Assembly (NCBI RefSeq): GCF_009834535.1 | Contig: NC_045707.1 | Span: 46,502,001 to 46,566,000 of the forward strand | Source of the DNA: Camelus ferus | Lineage: Eukaryota | Length of the DNA stretch: 64,000 nt | Direction of reading: 5' to 3' | In this document: positions 25,401-38,830 of the stretch, piece by piece | Layout: the number at the start of each line of letters is the position of its first letter | Numbering within the stretch: the first letter of the stretch is position 1 | Notes under the pieces: generated by a model | The model's database searches: none | What the model was told of the DNA's origin: nothing | The model's input: only the letters and a program-made list of their open reading frames with translations | Translations under genes and position numbers: made by a program

Positions 25401-26214
25401 TTTATTTATGTTTAGCCAAAAAAAAAAAAAAAAAAAAAAGGAGAAAAGAAAAAGTAAAAAGAGGAAAATTAAAGAAAATAATATGCCAGTGGGAAATGCT
25501 TTTTGCATCAGGGGCCTGAAGGGAATCTGGTGGAGAAATGGGCTAAGTATTAGGAAGCTGGAAGCACAGGAAGTGAGCGGTAACCTTATTACCCATGATG
25601 AAGACACTACCCACACAATCTTGCGGTGTCCACCTGCTGTTATACTTCTGACTGCCCTCCACTCAGACTCTGCATGGCCAGCTAAGAACCTGCTGTCTCT
25701 CCTCCTCTGATAAACTTGCTAAATCTTTTCTAGCCCTGGGATTTTACCCTCATCTTTCCATTTTCAAAAATTTCTATTTCTAAGCCCTAGAATCATGCTG
25801 GAAGAACACAAGTTCACACAGTCCAACTTTCATTGACCAAGAAGTCAATGGTTAGAAGTCCAACCGTCTCTAGGGGACCTGAACATCAAAATGAACCCCA
25901 AACCACTCCTACCAGCCCATCTTCAACACCTGGCTGAACTCTCGTTCATGCTTCAACCCAGCATTTCTATCTGTTCTGCACACCTGAGAATAGGCTCTTA
26001 ACACACATTATCCTGTGTGTGTATGTGTATGTGTGTGCGTATACACACATACACACACACCTTGAATTGAATTCATTGCTCAAATACCACAACAAAAGAA
26101 TCAGAAAGTGTTTTAAAATCCTACTTTGATTAGCTGCTTTAAATTTTCCACAGTTCCTTCCAGTTTCCATACACAAAGTAGTTACCTAATTGTAATCATT
26201 AGTCTGTTCCATAA

Positions 26215-26960
26215 GCATTCATCAAACTTTTAAAATTTGTCAAGTGCTACACAAGGTATTGAATACTTTGTGAACCAAAGAGCTACAGTCATCCTTGCCC
26301 TTAAAGAGCTTATAGTCTAGTAGAAGTATAAGAAAGTCACTAGATGAAAATTGGAGGGCCACTCAGTATTAGGAGATCATTAAGAGATGATAGAAGCCTG
26401 GGCTAGGATGGTACAGTGGAAACGGAAAGAACTGACAGCTTCAAGATACTCTTCAGAGGTAGCATGGGCTGGGATTGGAAGTGGGACATGTGGACATGGA
26501 GGATTTGGTGAGCACATGGGTGAACAGAGATACCATATATTGTAATGGGACACACTAAGCAGGAGACAGACTTTGGGTGGAAAAGTCAAGACTTCAGTTT
26601 TGGATATGTTTAGTTCAAGATACCTGTGTGATAATTAAGAGGATATGATCCTGGAGCTCAGGAAGGGAATCTAGGCTGGAGAAAAAGAAGACATGGACAT
26701 AGAGATGGTATATAAAGCCATAGGAGTGGATTGTCTGTGGACAAAGTATAGAGGCGAGGAGAGAAGATCCAAAACTGGGGAAACAAGTCCAATATTTAGA
26801 GTCAGGGAGAGAAGGAGACAGCAAGGGAGGCAGAGGCACGGCCAGGAAGGAAGGAAGAGAGCATGGAGAGGGTGTGCCGTGGAAGGCAATGGAAGAGAAT
26901 CCCAAGAATGCAGCCAAAAGGCCAAGTAAGATGAGGACTAATAGTGCCTGCTGGAATGGC
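26215..26960 (-). mobile_element. L2 LINE fragment
   Basis: 'ccttgcccttaaagagcttatagtctag', 'ttcagttttggatatgtttagttcaagatacctgtg', 'ctggagctcaggaaggg..tctaggctggaga'. Confidence 0.75.
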
Positions 26961-27202
26961 TCAGTGGAGCTCAGTTTCAGGGGAACAAGGGGCAGAAGTT
27001 GGAGTTGATCAGAAAATAGGAGACAGTAATTTTTTTTTTTTCAAATGCAGTGCAAGGAGAGGGTATCCAGGGAGTTGAAGGTATTTTCGGTTTCCAGGCA
27101 AGAATGGTTAAAAAGCTGATGCCTTAGCTTAATGAACCCAACGTAGGAATCCTATCAGGTTAATAGCTCTTTCTTGAATTAAGCTGGACAAAGAGGGAAT
27201 GA

Positions 27203-27290
27203 GGGGGATGGGTATATAGCTCAGTGGTAGAGTACATGCTTAGCATGCACGAGGTCCTGGGTTCAATCCCCAGTACCTCCACTGAAAAAA
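27203..27290 (+). mobile_element. tRNA-Ala-derived short SINE (camelid vic-1-like)
   Basis: gggtatatagctcagtggtagagtacatgcttagcatgcacgaggtcctgggttcaatccccagtacctcca plus A tail; A box and B box present; acceptor stem mismatched. Confidence 0.85.
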
Positions 27291-27409
27291 GAGAGAGAGA
27301 ACGAAGACCCAAAGGGTCAGATGAAATATAAAGTCTGAGTGTTAATTAGCTAGTAATGTCCATAGGGCCAAAGAACTTCCTGCCACATAACATACTACCA
27401 ACAGACCTT

Positions 27410-29600
27410 ATTTTATTGAACCTTTCCTCTTATTGCCACAGTTTGGTTATTTCCAAGTTTCTAATTCTATAAATGCGGCTGCCGTAACATCTCTACACTT
27501 ACGGTTTTTCTTCTTCCAAATTACTTTTCAGAAGTCTTAGCCTGGAGTTAGTGCTTTAAACAGAATGAATGTATTTATGACTTTTGAAACATACTGCCAA
27601 ATTGCTTTCCAAAAAGGTTGTGTTAATTGGCATCACCATCACTAGGTGTTAGCATACCTTACTTTCACTTTAATTTGTTCTTATTTGACAACTGGTGAGG
27701 ATGAATGATTTTCCGTATCTATGTCTAACCCTCTAAACCTCCTTTTGTGAGAATACACACTTCTGCCTGCTTACTTTCTGGTGTCTGTTTTTCTTTTTCA
27801 TTTCTTCTAGCTTTAGTATTTTGAAATTAATATTTTGCCTGTTGCAAATATTTCCCTGAAGTATGTGCTTTAGTCGTCTTATTTTTGTCATATAGATTTT
27901 TTTAAAGTATATGAATACTTTTCTTTTGCTATTACATAACATACTGCTTCAGAGCCAAGAAAATTATACTTCTATTATCTGATGCTCAATTATTTTCTGT
28001 GCTAGGTTTTTAGATGGATTTCTTAATTAGACCAAATTTTATCTTTATATTCAATGTAAAAAATGTGAATTAAATTGTTTCCATATCATAAGCCAATTAT
28101 TTCAGCAACTTTTATGAAATAACTCACTTGTTTCCTCCTAATTTGTGACAAATAATCTTTAAAATTTTTACATCTATTTCTGAGCTTTCTACTCTATTCC
28201 ATGGATCTACATTCCTATTTATAAACCAGAGTCCTGGCCTGAATTATTGCCAATAATATACATGTTTACAATCATCTGGAAATGGTCTTGCTTAAATAAA
28301 GTTCTGTTTTTTCAATATATATCTTGTATATTCTTGACCAGTTCATATTATTCCAGATGAATTTTACATTAATTTTAAGACAAAGCCTATTCAAATTTTC
28401 ACTGGGATCACACAAAATCTAGAAGACATATTGAGGCAGAGTGACATTTTTATGATATCTTCCCTCCAAGAAATGTAATTTACATTTGGATATATTTAAG
28501 ATATGTTTCATATCTTCCAAGAAAATATCTTGTGGAATTTTTATTATATTTTTATATTTGCTTATGCTTTTAGCTAATAAGTCTTCCCTAGTATGAATTG
28601 TAAATAACCTCGGTAGACCACTGCCCCACTATCTAATTATTACAGAACGTGCTTAAGGCAAGCTGTTGCATAGCCAGAATTACTGTTTTTGGTAGCTGGC
28701 TTCAACATATATCTCATAGTAAAAGTAACTTTAAAATATGGGGTATATACCTCACTCTTTAAGTTTATTCTGTTGTTTTTAATGAATAAGATCTTTTATT
28801 AATGGATGGTAACAGTCTGTACTACATGTAGTAAGCTTACTGATACATGAATATTCATTGAACATGTAGAACTTTATTTTACCTTTATTAATCAGAATAG
28901 TTTTAAAAGCTAATGTATTTAGAATTTACAGATATATAACCACTTAAGATCAGCAAATAATGATTATTTTCTTCTATTCCATTCCAATAATTATTTCTAT
29001 TACTTGTTTCTTGTATTACTGCACTGGATACAACTTTAAAACAACATTGGTTGTATCAATGACAGAGGAACTCCATGTTTCCGTTCTGATTTGTAAAAGA
29101 ATGTTTCTAATCTCTCCCTTAGGAACCATGCTGTTTATAGAAAGTATTTTTATTACTATACCTTTTCTGTTTTTAATCAGTATAAGCCATTTTTATTGAA
29201 TGTTAGAATCTCTCTATAGGTATACAAATAAAATTTTACATAATGCAAACGTGGGATGCTACACATCCTTTTTTTGTGTTTGTCTGTGTATGTAAGAATT
29301 TCAGTTTTCTTTTTCTTTTTTACTTGTCTCTGACCTTCCCTCTCCACTACTTCAGTCATTCCATCAGGGGAGCTTATGTTTATGACCTAGTATGAATTCT
29401 TCCGTATTTTTCTCCATGCTTAAATAATCAAATAGCAACAATATACATAAACACATACAGGGACATTTTTAGGTCAATGTAAGATCATGTTGTAATACTT
29501 TCCTGCATCTTGATTTTTTACTCAACAAAAACTCATGAAATCCCTCCAAGACAATTGGAATTGCTCTAAATATTTCTTTTTAATGCGAGTTTCGTGATGA
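27410..29600 (-). mobile_element. Mosaic of very old L1 fragments (AT-rich)
   Basis: 'tttggttatttccaagtttc','acatactgccaaattgctttccaaaaaggttg','tttctgagctttctactctattccatggatcta','tattccagatgaatttt'. Confidence 0.6.
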
Positions 29601-31582
29601 GGATATACTATCTCCTAATTGTTTTGTGTAAAGAGACAAAGCTTCTTGGAAACAGAGGCTCTGTATCATATGGGCTTTTTCCATACCTAGAAAGTTACTA
29701 GAATGTTACTAGGCACATGATGGGCAGTTAGCAAACACTCTTAAACCAAGCTAATAGAAATGGTGAAAATCATAGACTGCCATCTCTATAGGTTCAGGAT
29801 AAGGAATTACTTAAGTAACTGAAGATCTGAGACTTTCAGGCAAGTCACAGATAACCATAAGGACAGGAAATATTTTGAAATAATATGACCAAGAGACGGG
29901 GTCAGATATCTTATCAACATTACTAAAATCATCAGCCCAAAGTTGGTTTCAAAGAATAGCTTTACTCAAATGACTGAACTCTTACCTCCTTTACCTTGAC
30001 AATGGTGGTAGGCTGGAGAGAGTGAGGTAATGGCTGTGTGGGAAGACTCTAGAGGGATTAGGGTAAACCACAGTGGGACTCAGGGTGGGGAAGAAAGCAC
30101 TAGTGGTTGTTTGGGTAAGCATGCTTTGTAATGTTCCAGACTAGATGTGAATGGTGATTAATTTATACGCATGAACTCAAAGGTAGGTAAGCAAATTGCG
30201 TGAGCAGCACTTTTTATTCAACGACCAAATTTCCCTTACTACACTCACCTGAAGTATTACCCTTAAAATTTTCAAAATGATAAAGGAAAAAGAGCCTTGT
30301 GGAATTTTAACCACTCACTGGAGTCCTGGGTGTACTTACTGATCATGGTATTTTCTACTAGTTTCTATCAGCACCAACGTCAGCTATTTTCCAGACTGAT
30401 AAGAGCAATAAAAACTTGGCCATACCTATACTTACATGCTTAAGCATTTTTCTCACAGAATCTATTCACTCTGGCTCAGGGCTGGTGGAGGCCTGGATGA
30501 AGGGTCTGAAAGGGTTTTTTTTGGCATCCCCTACCAACACACCCTCCACATCCCTGCCCACACAAGGACAACAGAAAGTGACAACAGCAAAATAAGTTTA
30601 GACCCATGAGTTCTGATCAGTTCTGACGTGAAAGCTTGATTCCATTACTTATCATTCATTAAATGCTCTGGCTCTCCTTTATTAAATGTTAAATCATCTT
30701 AAATGGTATGGTTCTTGCTATTTGAAATGGCAAAGTGTAAGGGGAAAGAGAAAGTGGCCCATTTCCTTGTTAATGTGGCATTCAAATAAAACAGAGTGAG
30801 CTCAACAGACAGGTCAACTGGCTGCTGATGGGGATTTTGTACAGTTATTCATAATACAAGAGCTGTAATTAGGAAGAAAATGTCTCCTTACAGCCACTGA
30901 GATAGCAAAGCAGGAATTCCATTCTTCCGCATGGGGCGCAGTTGGTATGTGAATCAGAACATGCTTGACTGGGCTCATGTTGCTTCCTGTCTCTCATCCA
31001 ATGGCAGGGCTGATGTGCTGGCCCTGGTGGACCTGCCACGGCCAGAACCCACTGACTTTCCCAGGGACCCTACTTGCAATACGCATGCCCACATTGGTTT
31101 CTCTCCTGCTCTATCAATACTGCCTGAAGCCAAGTCCACAAGACAGTTGTAGAAGCAGCCTGAACACGTCAGGAAAATGAACCATAAACCAAAATTCTAC
31201 ACTTAAGCCACATTTAAGGAGTCTTGTTGCTCATAAATCTGAATTTCTTTTTTTTCCCTCTCTTTTTATTAATATGTTTTTCTACTACACTAGTAGTCCT
31301 TCCCTTCCTCGGTTTCAACAAATGAAGGTCATCGTCAGCTCCACAAGATGACAAACTCCACGAGGGCAAGCCCATGATTCAATGCCCTGTTCTCCACTAC
31401 ATCCCCATTATCTTTCAAAGCAGGTGGCATCTGGCAGGCTCTCCATAACAGGTAACTAAATGAGTGGGCTCTCACAACTAAGCTTATTTTATCGCAAAAA
31501 AGATAGTTTATACACAGAAGGAAGTTAGCATGAGTTGTGTAAAATGAGACAGTAGAGACAAATTAAAAATCTTTCCTCTTAC

Positions 31583-31697
31583 CTTATCTCTACTACTTCG
31601 AGACAGGTGAATTTGAGGGCATTTTTTCGCTCCGGATGAAATATCCAGCCAGTTTTCTGAGTTCTTTAAATGCACACAATCTTCTTTAAAAGTACAC
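31583..31697 (-). CDS. PLXNC1: plexin C1 exon 5, 115 nt, phase 2/0
   Basis: (R)CTFKEDCVHLKNSENWLDISSGAKKCPQIHLSRSSRDK; long T tract then gacag|G; AAG|gtaaga. Confidence 0.96.
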
Positions 31698-34600
31698 CTG
31701 TCAAAAAAAAAAAAAAAAAAAAAAAAGAAAAGAAAAAAAGGCAGCAAAAAGAGCAACCCCACACATGCATTAGTTAAAACTTTCTCGTACTTGGCTTCAG
31801 TACAAAATGCCAGACTTTGTATAGTGGATTATTGATTTTGAGCAAGAATAAGAACACGATGCTAAAACCATGAAAAGCAACAGGAAACCAGCAGAGTGCT
31901 TTTTCCATCATGTCTGAGAGCAGAGAGCAAATGTGGACATGTTGAACTTAGACTCCTGAGCCATCTCTCAAGATGACATTGCCAAATAGATCCAAAACAC
32001 ATCCTCTTGTGGATGCTAAAATTAAAGAGCTCCCTTCCAGAAAAACCTAGCACAGCACAGCACAGCCCAAGAAAGGGATTACATATAGAATACATTTTAG
32101 GTTTGCCATTCCTTCCCAGAATATCAACCCATTGTGTAATTTTTTTGTTCTTTAAAAAAAAAAAAAAGCTGCCATTTTGTGCTTTGCAGTATGATAACTA
32201 AATAAAAATATTACAAGGGCAGAGTCTTCCCAAGAATTTGATAAGACATTCCATAACCATCTGCTACATAACATTTATTTAGACAGATACCAAATTATAT
32301 CAAGAGATATTGGGTGAAACACTTTCCAGGGCTACTTTCCCAAGTCAGCCAGCTCAGAGGATGCCCGCAAATAAATCTTAAGCTGTGGCCAGGACCAACA
32401 ACTTTGATAAACACGATCAGAAACTGACAGGCGAGATCACTGCTTTGCTTGATGTCTCGATCACTCTAGGTCATGCTCACTTCCAGAAGGGCCACCAACT
32501 TGACAAGAAGAATGAACACCAAGGGCCACATGATTTCCAAGTGGTGCTGAGCCCCATGGACGTTCCACTGAACAGTATCAAGGACAGAACAAAGCATCCC
32601 TGTTATCTATGCCTCCTCCAGGCCTAAGGTTAAAATGAAGCGGTGGGGTAGAACCAGTGACAGTTTTAAAAGAAACTGAAAATTCATGAATCACAGGAGA
32701 TTAAAAAGCAACTCAATGATAACCACATTCAGCTGTGGGGAGTCCCTGAAAGGATGTGAGTGGAGCCAGGTGTGGTCCCAAACAGTGTGCTTGACTTCAC
32801 AAGCGTTTTATTTCTTCTTCTTTCTCTTCTCTCTCTCTATTTTTAATTCTTAAGAATTTAAGCCCCATGGCTTCGTCTTTGAGCACTGCGCTAATTTGAA
32901 TATGACAAAAATAGAACAGGAAGCCAGTGAGTTTCATTAAGCATCATCCCCCAGCGCAATACTTCCAGCGTGTCATCATATTCTAATATTTTGGGGAACC
33001 CAGCTCACAGGGAGCACATCTGGGTCCAAACGCTCCTACATCTGTGTCAGTTCCCTCACCAACATCATGACCATGGGGATTTTCATCAGCAATCCTCCAA
33101 AGCCATAAATTTATCTGACCCTGGATGGCTAGTTCGTCCGTCACGGACGTTAAGTTCAAATTAAACCTCTCAATATCAGGGCGAGCCTGCACTGGAGGGA
33201 CATGTGCTGCTGGATTCAAACACAGAGAATGACAGGGCTGGGTCCCTACTTTGTATTTAAAAGAGATGCTGACGGACAAAAGCTACCTGCCTCTCAGGGA
33301 CATTCTGGTCTGTATAAGGCACTTCCTTTGCCTAAAGAAGAAGAGGAAGGGGAAAAAAGCCAGAGAGACTGGAGAACAAATATTTTTGTAGGCTTTTAAT
33401 ACTGCCTGGGGGTCAAGGCCTGAGGCTGCCAAAAAAACAAGTGTAAAATATTTCATACAAATAGTGCTACAATTTGCCAATCTGTAGGCAGAAAACAGTG
33501 ATGCCACTGAGTTATCACTCCCTTTTCTGAACTCCTATAGAATTTCTTGTCGGAACCACACATTTTGGTATTTAATCATATGCTGCCTTGAATCACAACT
33601 TAATTGTTTCATACATACATCTATGTCATTCCCCCCAAGTAAGCTGTAAGCTTCTCAGAGGAAGGGAGGATGTCTCTAACACTTCTTCCACAGATCCTTC
33701 AGTGTCTGGCAGCATGATATGCAAATACTAGGGTTTCAATAAATATTTTTGAATGAATGGATGAAATATGAAATCTCTATAGGTCCTACCTGTAGGTGAT
33801 TTTTCTTTCTAGAGTTTCCTCATGATTTATGTCTGACTCCTACTTATAGCAAAGACACTGTTTTTAATGTCAGCTAATCTGAATCTGGAGCCAGAGAAGG
33901 AACAAATTAGAAGTGGAGGTTTTCCTTTCATGTCTTGGGGAAAAATATATGTAATAGGCCTTACATTTCCTATTTTGTATAAGGTAAAAATAAAATTTAA
34001 CCATGTTAAGCAATTAAACCTAAATTCCTTGTTTATAAAATACCTCTGAAATGTCTATGCTCTCATTCCTTGTTTCTCATCAGTTGAAAAATAAAAATAA
34101 AAAAATAAAAAAGCAAACCATGACACCAAGAATATAGAACCAGATGGTCAAACAACATCTTATTAATTCTCCAATATTGCAGATTATAAAATCTTCATGA
34201 CAGCACATTATCCACATATTCAAATTTCTTAAGGAGGGGGAACAGATCTTATAGCGCCCACGTTTTAGTAAACAAACCCAGTTACTCTGAAATGGTCCCC
34301 TTTTGAAAGCTATCACTCTCATTCCTACGTATCAGTGAAAGCGATGGTCAAGTGATAGACACTTAAGCCTCTGTCCAAATAAAATTAAAATCTCATTGTC
34401 AGACACGACTCTTGGTGAAGTCTCAATGAGGCGCTCTCAAAAAGGCTGATCTCTTAACTGGCTTCATTTCCATTTCTTCAGGCCACAAATAAGAAGAAAA
34501 CTGGATTCAAATAAGAATGAGGGCATTCTGAAAAAAACTGAAGATATATATTTGCTTTTCTTATCTTATGCTATGGCCCCATCCTCTACAGAGGGTCTAT

Positions 34601-35569
34601 CCCCAAATCCTAAGTATTTTATTTTTCTAGTCCTTATTTCCAGCTAGATCTCATGCCTACAAGATAAAGCCAATGTGCAGATATTAGTCTATATGCAAAT
34701 TAGAAAACAGAACAAGCTCAAATGCAAAGAAATAATTGCCTGAAGAAAAACAAACTTTTGGTAGGTGAAAACAATTTAGTGAATGAAACTACTTAAGAAG
34801 GCTTGTTTAAAAAAATCTGCTATAGAGCTTAATCTATCCAAAATAATAAGAGTTTAGTATTACCACTCAACTATGTAAGTATGTGGACCACCCCTAATTC
34901 ATAAAAAAAAAAAAAGTATGTTCAGAACTTCCCTGGGCCCTGACTTATGAACAGAGAGAGTCCAGACCCTTGTTTCCAAGTTTGCTGTTTGGAATTCAGA
35001 AAGTGTTTGCAAACAGTGGCTTTGCTTCCTGTGGAATCTGTCTAAACCCTGATGTCCCTGAGTAGCTACCCCACCACGTAACTGCGTGGAGAAACGCCCT
35101 GGGCCTGGCACTGCTCTGAGTGTTTCTGGTTAGTTACAGTCCTCTGCTATTAGTCCTCACAACCACCTAATTCTATAGCGATGAGACAGCGGCTCAGAGA
35201 AGTGCTATAACGTGCCAAAGTTGCACAGCTCCACGTGGCAGAAGTCTGGCTTCAGAGCCACACTCTTGGTCACTGGGCTGCATGGTCGCCTATGAGCCCT
35301 GACTGCCATTTAATAATGTACACAAAAGAACAACGCTCAGAGTTCCTCCTGGCTTCCTGGGGCCCCAGCAGTGTTTGGAGGGTGGGGCTGGGTCAGAATG
35401 AGGTAACGCAGATGAGGCCCCAGGGACCAGAGAATAGAGAAGGCTTTTAGGACGAAGAGGGGAGCAAGGATTTGGGAGGGAAACACAGAAGTGGGGAAAC
35501 TGAGAGTCCTCTAATTTTCATCCATCAGCCCTGAATACAAAACATCCAACTGCAGGTTAAAATTCCAGG

Positions 35570-35720
35570 AGGCCCCCAACTCACAAAGCTATTGTGTTTC
35601 AAAATTTTGCTTGCAAACCATCTGTTTGTAATACGGAATACTTTTCTCCCCATAGAAATAATGTTATAAACAGTGATTAGGTTTCCAGGTTAGCCCACAA
35701 AACCTATTTATCTGTAATGG
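35570..35720 (+). mobile_element. Tigger (TcMar) end fragment, Tigger15-like
   Basis: 'caggaggcccccaactcacaaagctattgtgtttcaaaa...tccccatagaaataatgttataaa...gtttccaggttagcccacaaaacctattta'; a related copy lies inverted at about 46860-47000. Confidence 0.6.
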
Positions 35721-36739
35721 AACTTCAATTCTCTATATTTGCAACCTAAGAGTAGCAGGAAACAATGAGACTGAAGCCATTTGCATTATATAGCAGTTTT
35801 TCTTCTTACTTGTGTTCCTGCTCATCTGGTAGTCTGGGAACAGTGCCCAGCTAGATCAACTTTTAAATTTATTACTACAGTTTTGTATTTATACAGTATT
35901 TCTATTTTTTAAAGAGTATGGCTTAAATTATTAATTGTTTTCATGCCAACGTAAAGACCAGGGAGACCCACCTTTGAAAAGGAGTTGATGTTCTCAGGCA
36001 GGTAAATGCCTATGGGATGTGCTGGGGGACCCTGAGACTCTGATTCTATTAGACTAGAATCTCTTAGTAAAAATTTACCACTTACTCAACCTTGAAATAG
36101 AAACTCTGAACTCAGAAATGTAACTTCTACTTTCTGCCACTCGAATTTCATCAGCATCCTCTAATCTAATTGTTCACCAAGAGCAGACAGTCCCTGAAGT
36201 AAACTGATAACTAAATATCAGGTAATTGGCTTGAATGTGAGGGTTGGGGTGACCTGTTCCAAAGATTCTACACTGATATAACATCAGAAAACTTTTAATA
36301 AGAAAATAATCCAGCCTCTCTCTCAGAGAACAGGAGACTGTGTACACGCTGGGGTAGGGGGAGGTTTTGCCACAAGAGCATCCCAAGGTCTTCTGCTAAG
36401 TGATTTGAAACAGATGTCTACAATTTTAGGAAACGCACGGAGCCCAGAGGAGGGGCCAGGTGTTCCCCAGAATCGAGGGACTTTTATTAACATCATCAGC
36501 CCATGAGATGAAGAAACCAATCTCAACTGAATAGAATAGGAAGTCTCTGTGACAAACTATACTCTGAATTCAAGGCCTCCAGAGTCAGTGAGGGGGAATG
36601 CCAAAATACAAGACCAAAATAACTTGCCAGGAAAGCTGAAAAATTGGATCTTCATCACTGGAGCTGAGAGTCAATCTACATAAGAAAATTATGCTAATAA
36701 CAGAGACAATTTAGAAGATTTTTTTTTAAGTGAAAACAG

Positions 36740-37180
36740 TTAACATGCCAGGAGATGACGTTCTTTCACATGATTTGATTCATTTATTCTTCACAATTCT
36801 ATGAAGTAGCTACAACAAATTTCCCTGCTTTACAGAGGAGGGAAACTGAGGCATGGAGGCTCCATATTGTTTTCCCAAACTCACAGAGTCAGTAAGCAGA
36901 GGGGCTCAGGTTCAAAACCAGGCAATGCAGCTTCCAAGTCCACAGTCTCATCTACTAGTGTGTATTGTCCCTCCCAAGGGCTCTCACTTACTGAGCCCTT
37001 CCCAGGGGCCAGGTACTGTCCCTAGGGCTGTCCAGGAATTAACTTGTTGATCCTACAATTACCTCAGGAAGATTTTATTGTTACAGCTCCATTTCAAAGA
37101 TGAGGAAACTGAGGTGCAGAGAGGTTCAATGGCATGGTGTGAATTTCAGCAGTCCAGCCCTGGTGTCCACATTCTTACTA
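36740..37180 (-). mobile_element. Two tandem MIR fragments
   Basis: 'tttacagaggagggaaactgaggcatggagg' and 'catttcaaagatgaggaaactgaggtgcagagagg'. Confidence 0.75.
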
Positions 37181-37307
37181 CTCTAACAAATGCCTCAAAA
37201 TTTTCAAAGGCTTCCAGGATAGTAATATCATAGAAGTCAAGATAATAGTAAATACATCATCCCAGAGCCTGGGCTAGGTAGGAAAATACAGGTTTTATTC
37301 CATTTCT

Positions 37308-37546
37308 CAGCATTTCTCAAAGTGTGTTGTTTTAGGTGTGAGTGTTAAAGGAGGGTTCTATTGGTAAGAAATTTGGGAAACACTAGTTAAATAAAATTAA
37401 ACGAGTTTCTCTACTGCAGGACTTTTCAGAGCCTTGAATATGCCTGTGGGCTTTGTAACTTTCCAGGACAAGAATGACTGATGCACTATCTTACAACTTT
37501 TTTATTGAGAGTTTAGAAGTTCTAGCCGTGCACATTGGGAAACACG
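37308..37546 (-). mobile_element. MER112-like hAT-Charlie element
   Basis: 'cagcatttctcaaagtgtg...tttgggaaacact..ttaaataaaattaaacgagtttctctactgcaggacttttcagagcctt...ttgggaaacac'; a related copy at about 52730-52945. Confidence 0.65.
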
Positions 37547-37669
37547 GGCCCGCCTTGATTAACGAGCAGTAATCCAAATGGAAGATCCTAACTTAGAAAA
37601 CTATTCACCATTTTTGGCTCTTTTTTTCTCATCTTATACATTCAGTTGATCATGACCTATTAATTCCAA

Positions 37670-38830
37670 GCATCACTCTATGCTGTCTCCTGCAATCCGC
37701 CCTCGTCCAGCACCTCTCACCTGGGCTCTTGCAGCAGCCTTCTGACTGGCCTCCCTCCTCCCTGCCTCCAGTCAGTCTCCACACCAACATCTAGGTTATT
37801 CTCAAGTACAGAACTGGTCATCTCACTTCCTACTTAAAAATCTTCAATGGCATCCTTTCACCAACATCAAACTCCTCTACCTACATCCCTTTCATGACCT
37901 GGAGCCTAGAATACACGTCTCCATGCTCATCTCTTTACCTCAACACTATGATCTAGCCCTTGCCTTCCTCTCCAAACTCATCCCCAGGCAATTGTGGTCT
38001 AATAAGTCTGTCTCTCTATGTAGCCTGCAAGCTCCCCAAAACATCGATTGCTAGTATCTAGTACATGGTGCCTCGCAGAGAGTAGTCACTTAAACACATG
38101 CAGTGAAGCCTGCCTGGCTCTTCCTGGCACGTGCAGCATGTCCGAGGGCCTGCAATACTTGGTGAAATAGCGTTTAGAGTCCAACATCACCTCCTCCATG
38201 TCTGCCCAGCCTCCAGGCAAAGCAGTTGAGCCCTCTTCTGTGTCCCCACGGGCACCTTATACACGTTCCTCTTGTACACAGCACAATGCACTGGCTGCTG
38301 ATTGCCTGTCTTTCCGATCACAGTGTAAGATCCCCAAGGGAAAGGCCCACCTTATTCACCTTGGCACCACCAGGGCTGAGTGCTCTGTCTGGCATTCCTT
38401 CTACAAACATTTAAACATTTACTGAGTGCCCACCAGACTCCAAACACAGTAATAGGCACTGGGGACACATGAATGTCTAAACCAGTCAAAGTTTCCTTCT
38501 TAATGAGCTTATGTTCTAGTGAGGCACACAGGCAAAAACCAAATAAGCAGACAATAATTTAAATAGTTTAAAATTGAGGTAAGTCTTCTTTAGAAACCAA
38601 AAATATAACAGGGAGGAACTATTTTAGACAGGCTAGTTAAGAGAGATGGCATTTTAGGTCAGATTTCAAGGATGAAAACCATCTAGCCACATCAAGTGTG
38701 CTGGGAACAGCACCCCAGGCAGAAGGAGTAGTGTGTGCCAAGACCCTGAGTTCACTCAAAGCTTGGTCCCTGAAAGGAACTGATTAAAGACCAGACTGGC
38801 TAGAATTTTGTGAAGGAAGGGGAGAGTGGT
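37670..38830. mobile_element. Cluster of L2 fragments in both orientations
   Basis: + strand 'ctctcacctgggctcttgcagcagccttctgactggcctccct'; - strand 'aacatttactgagtgcccacca...taggcactggggacaca...gagcttatgttctagt'. Confidence 0.7.

Noticed and set aside
26013..26060. Inverted repeat of (TG/TA)n against (CA/TA)n
   Set aside because: Low-complexity microsatellite symmetry, common in mammals
27203..27290. Functional tRNA-Ala gene
   Set aside because: Acceptor stem has two mismatches, there is a 5' extension and an A tail rather than a T-run terminator; fits a SINE
31700..31745. Long A tract suggesting a retrocopy tail
   Set aside because: It is the polypyrimidine tract of the exon 5 acceptor on the minus strand
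36180..36270. Faint resemblance of PNPHIQANYLIFSY to cytochrome b (NUMT)
   Set aside because: Only a few residues match, the PEWY motif is missing, and the flanks show no mitochondrial similarity
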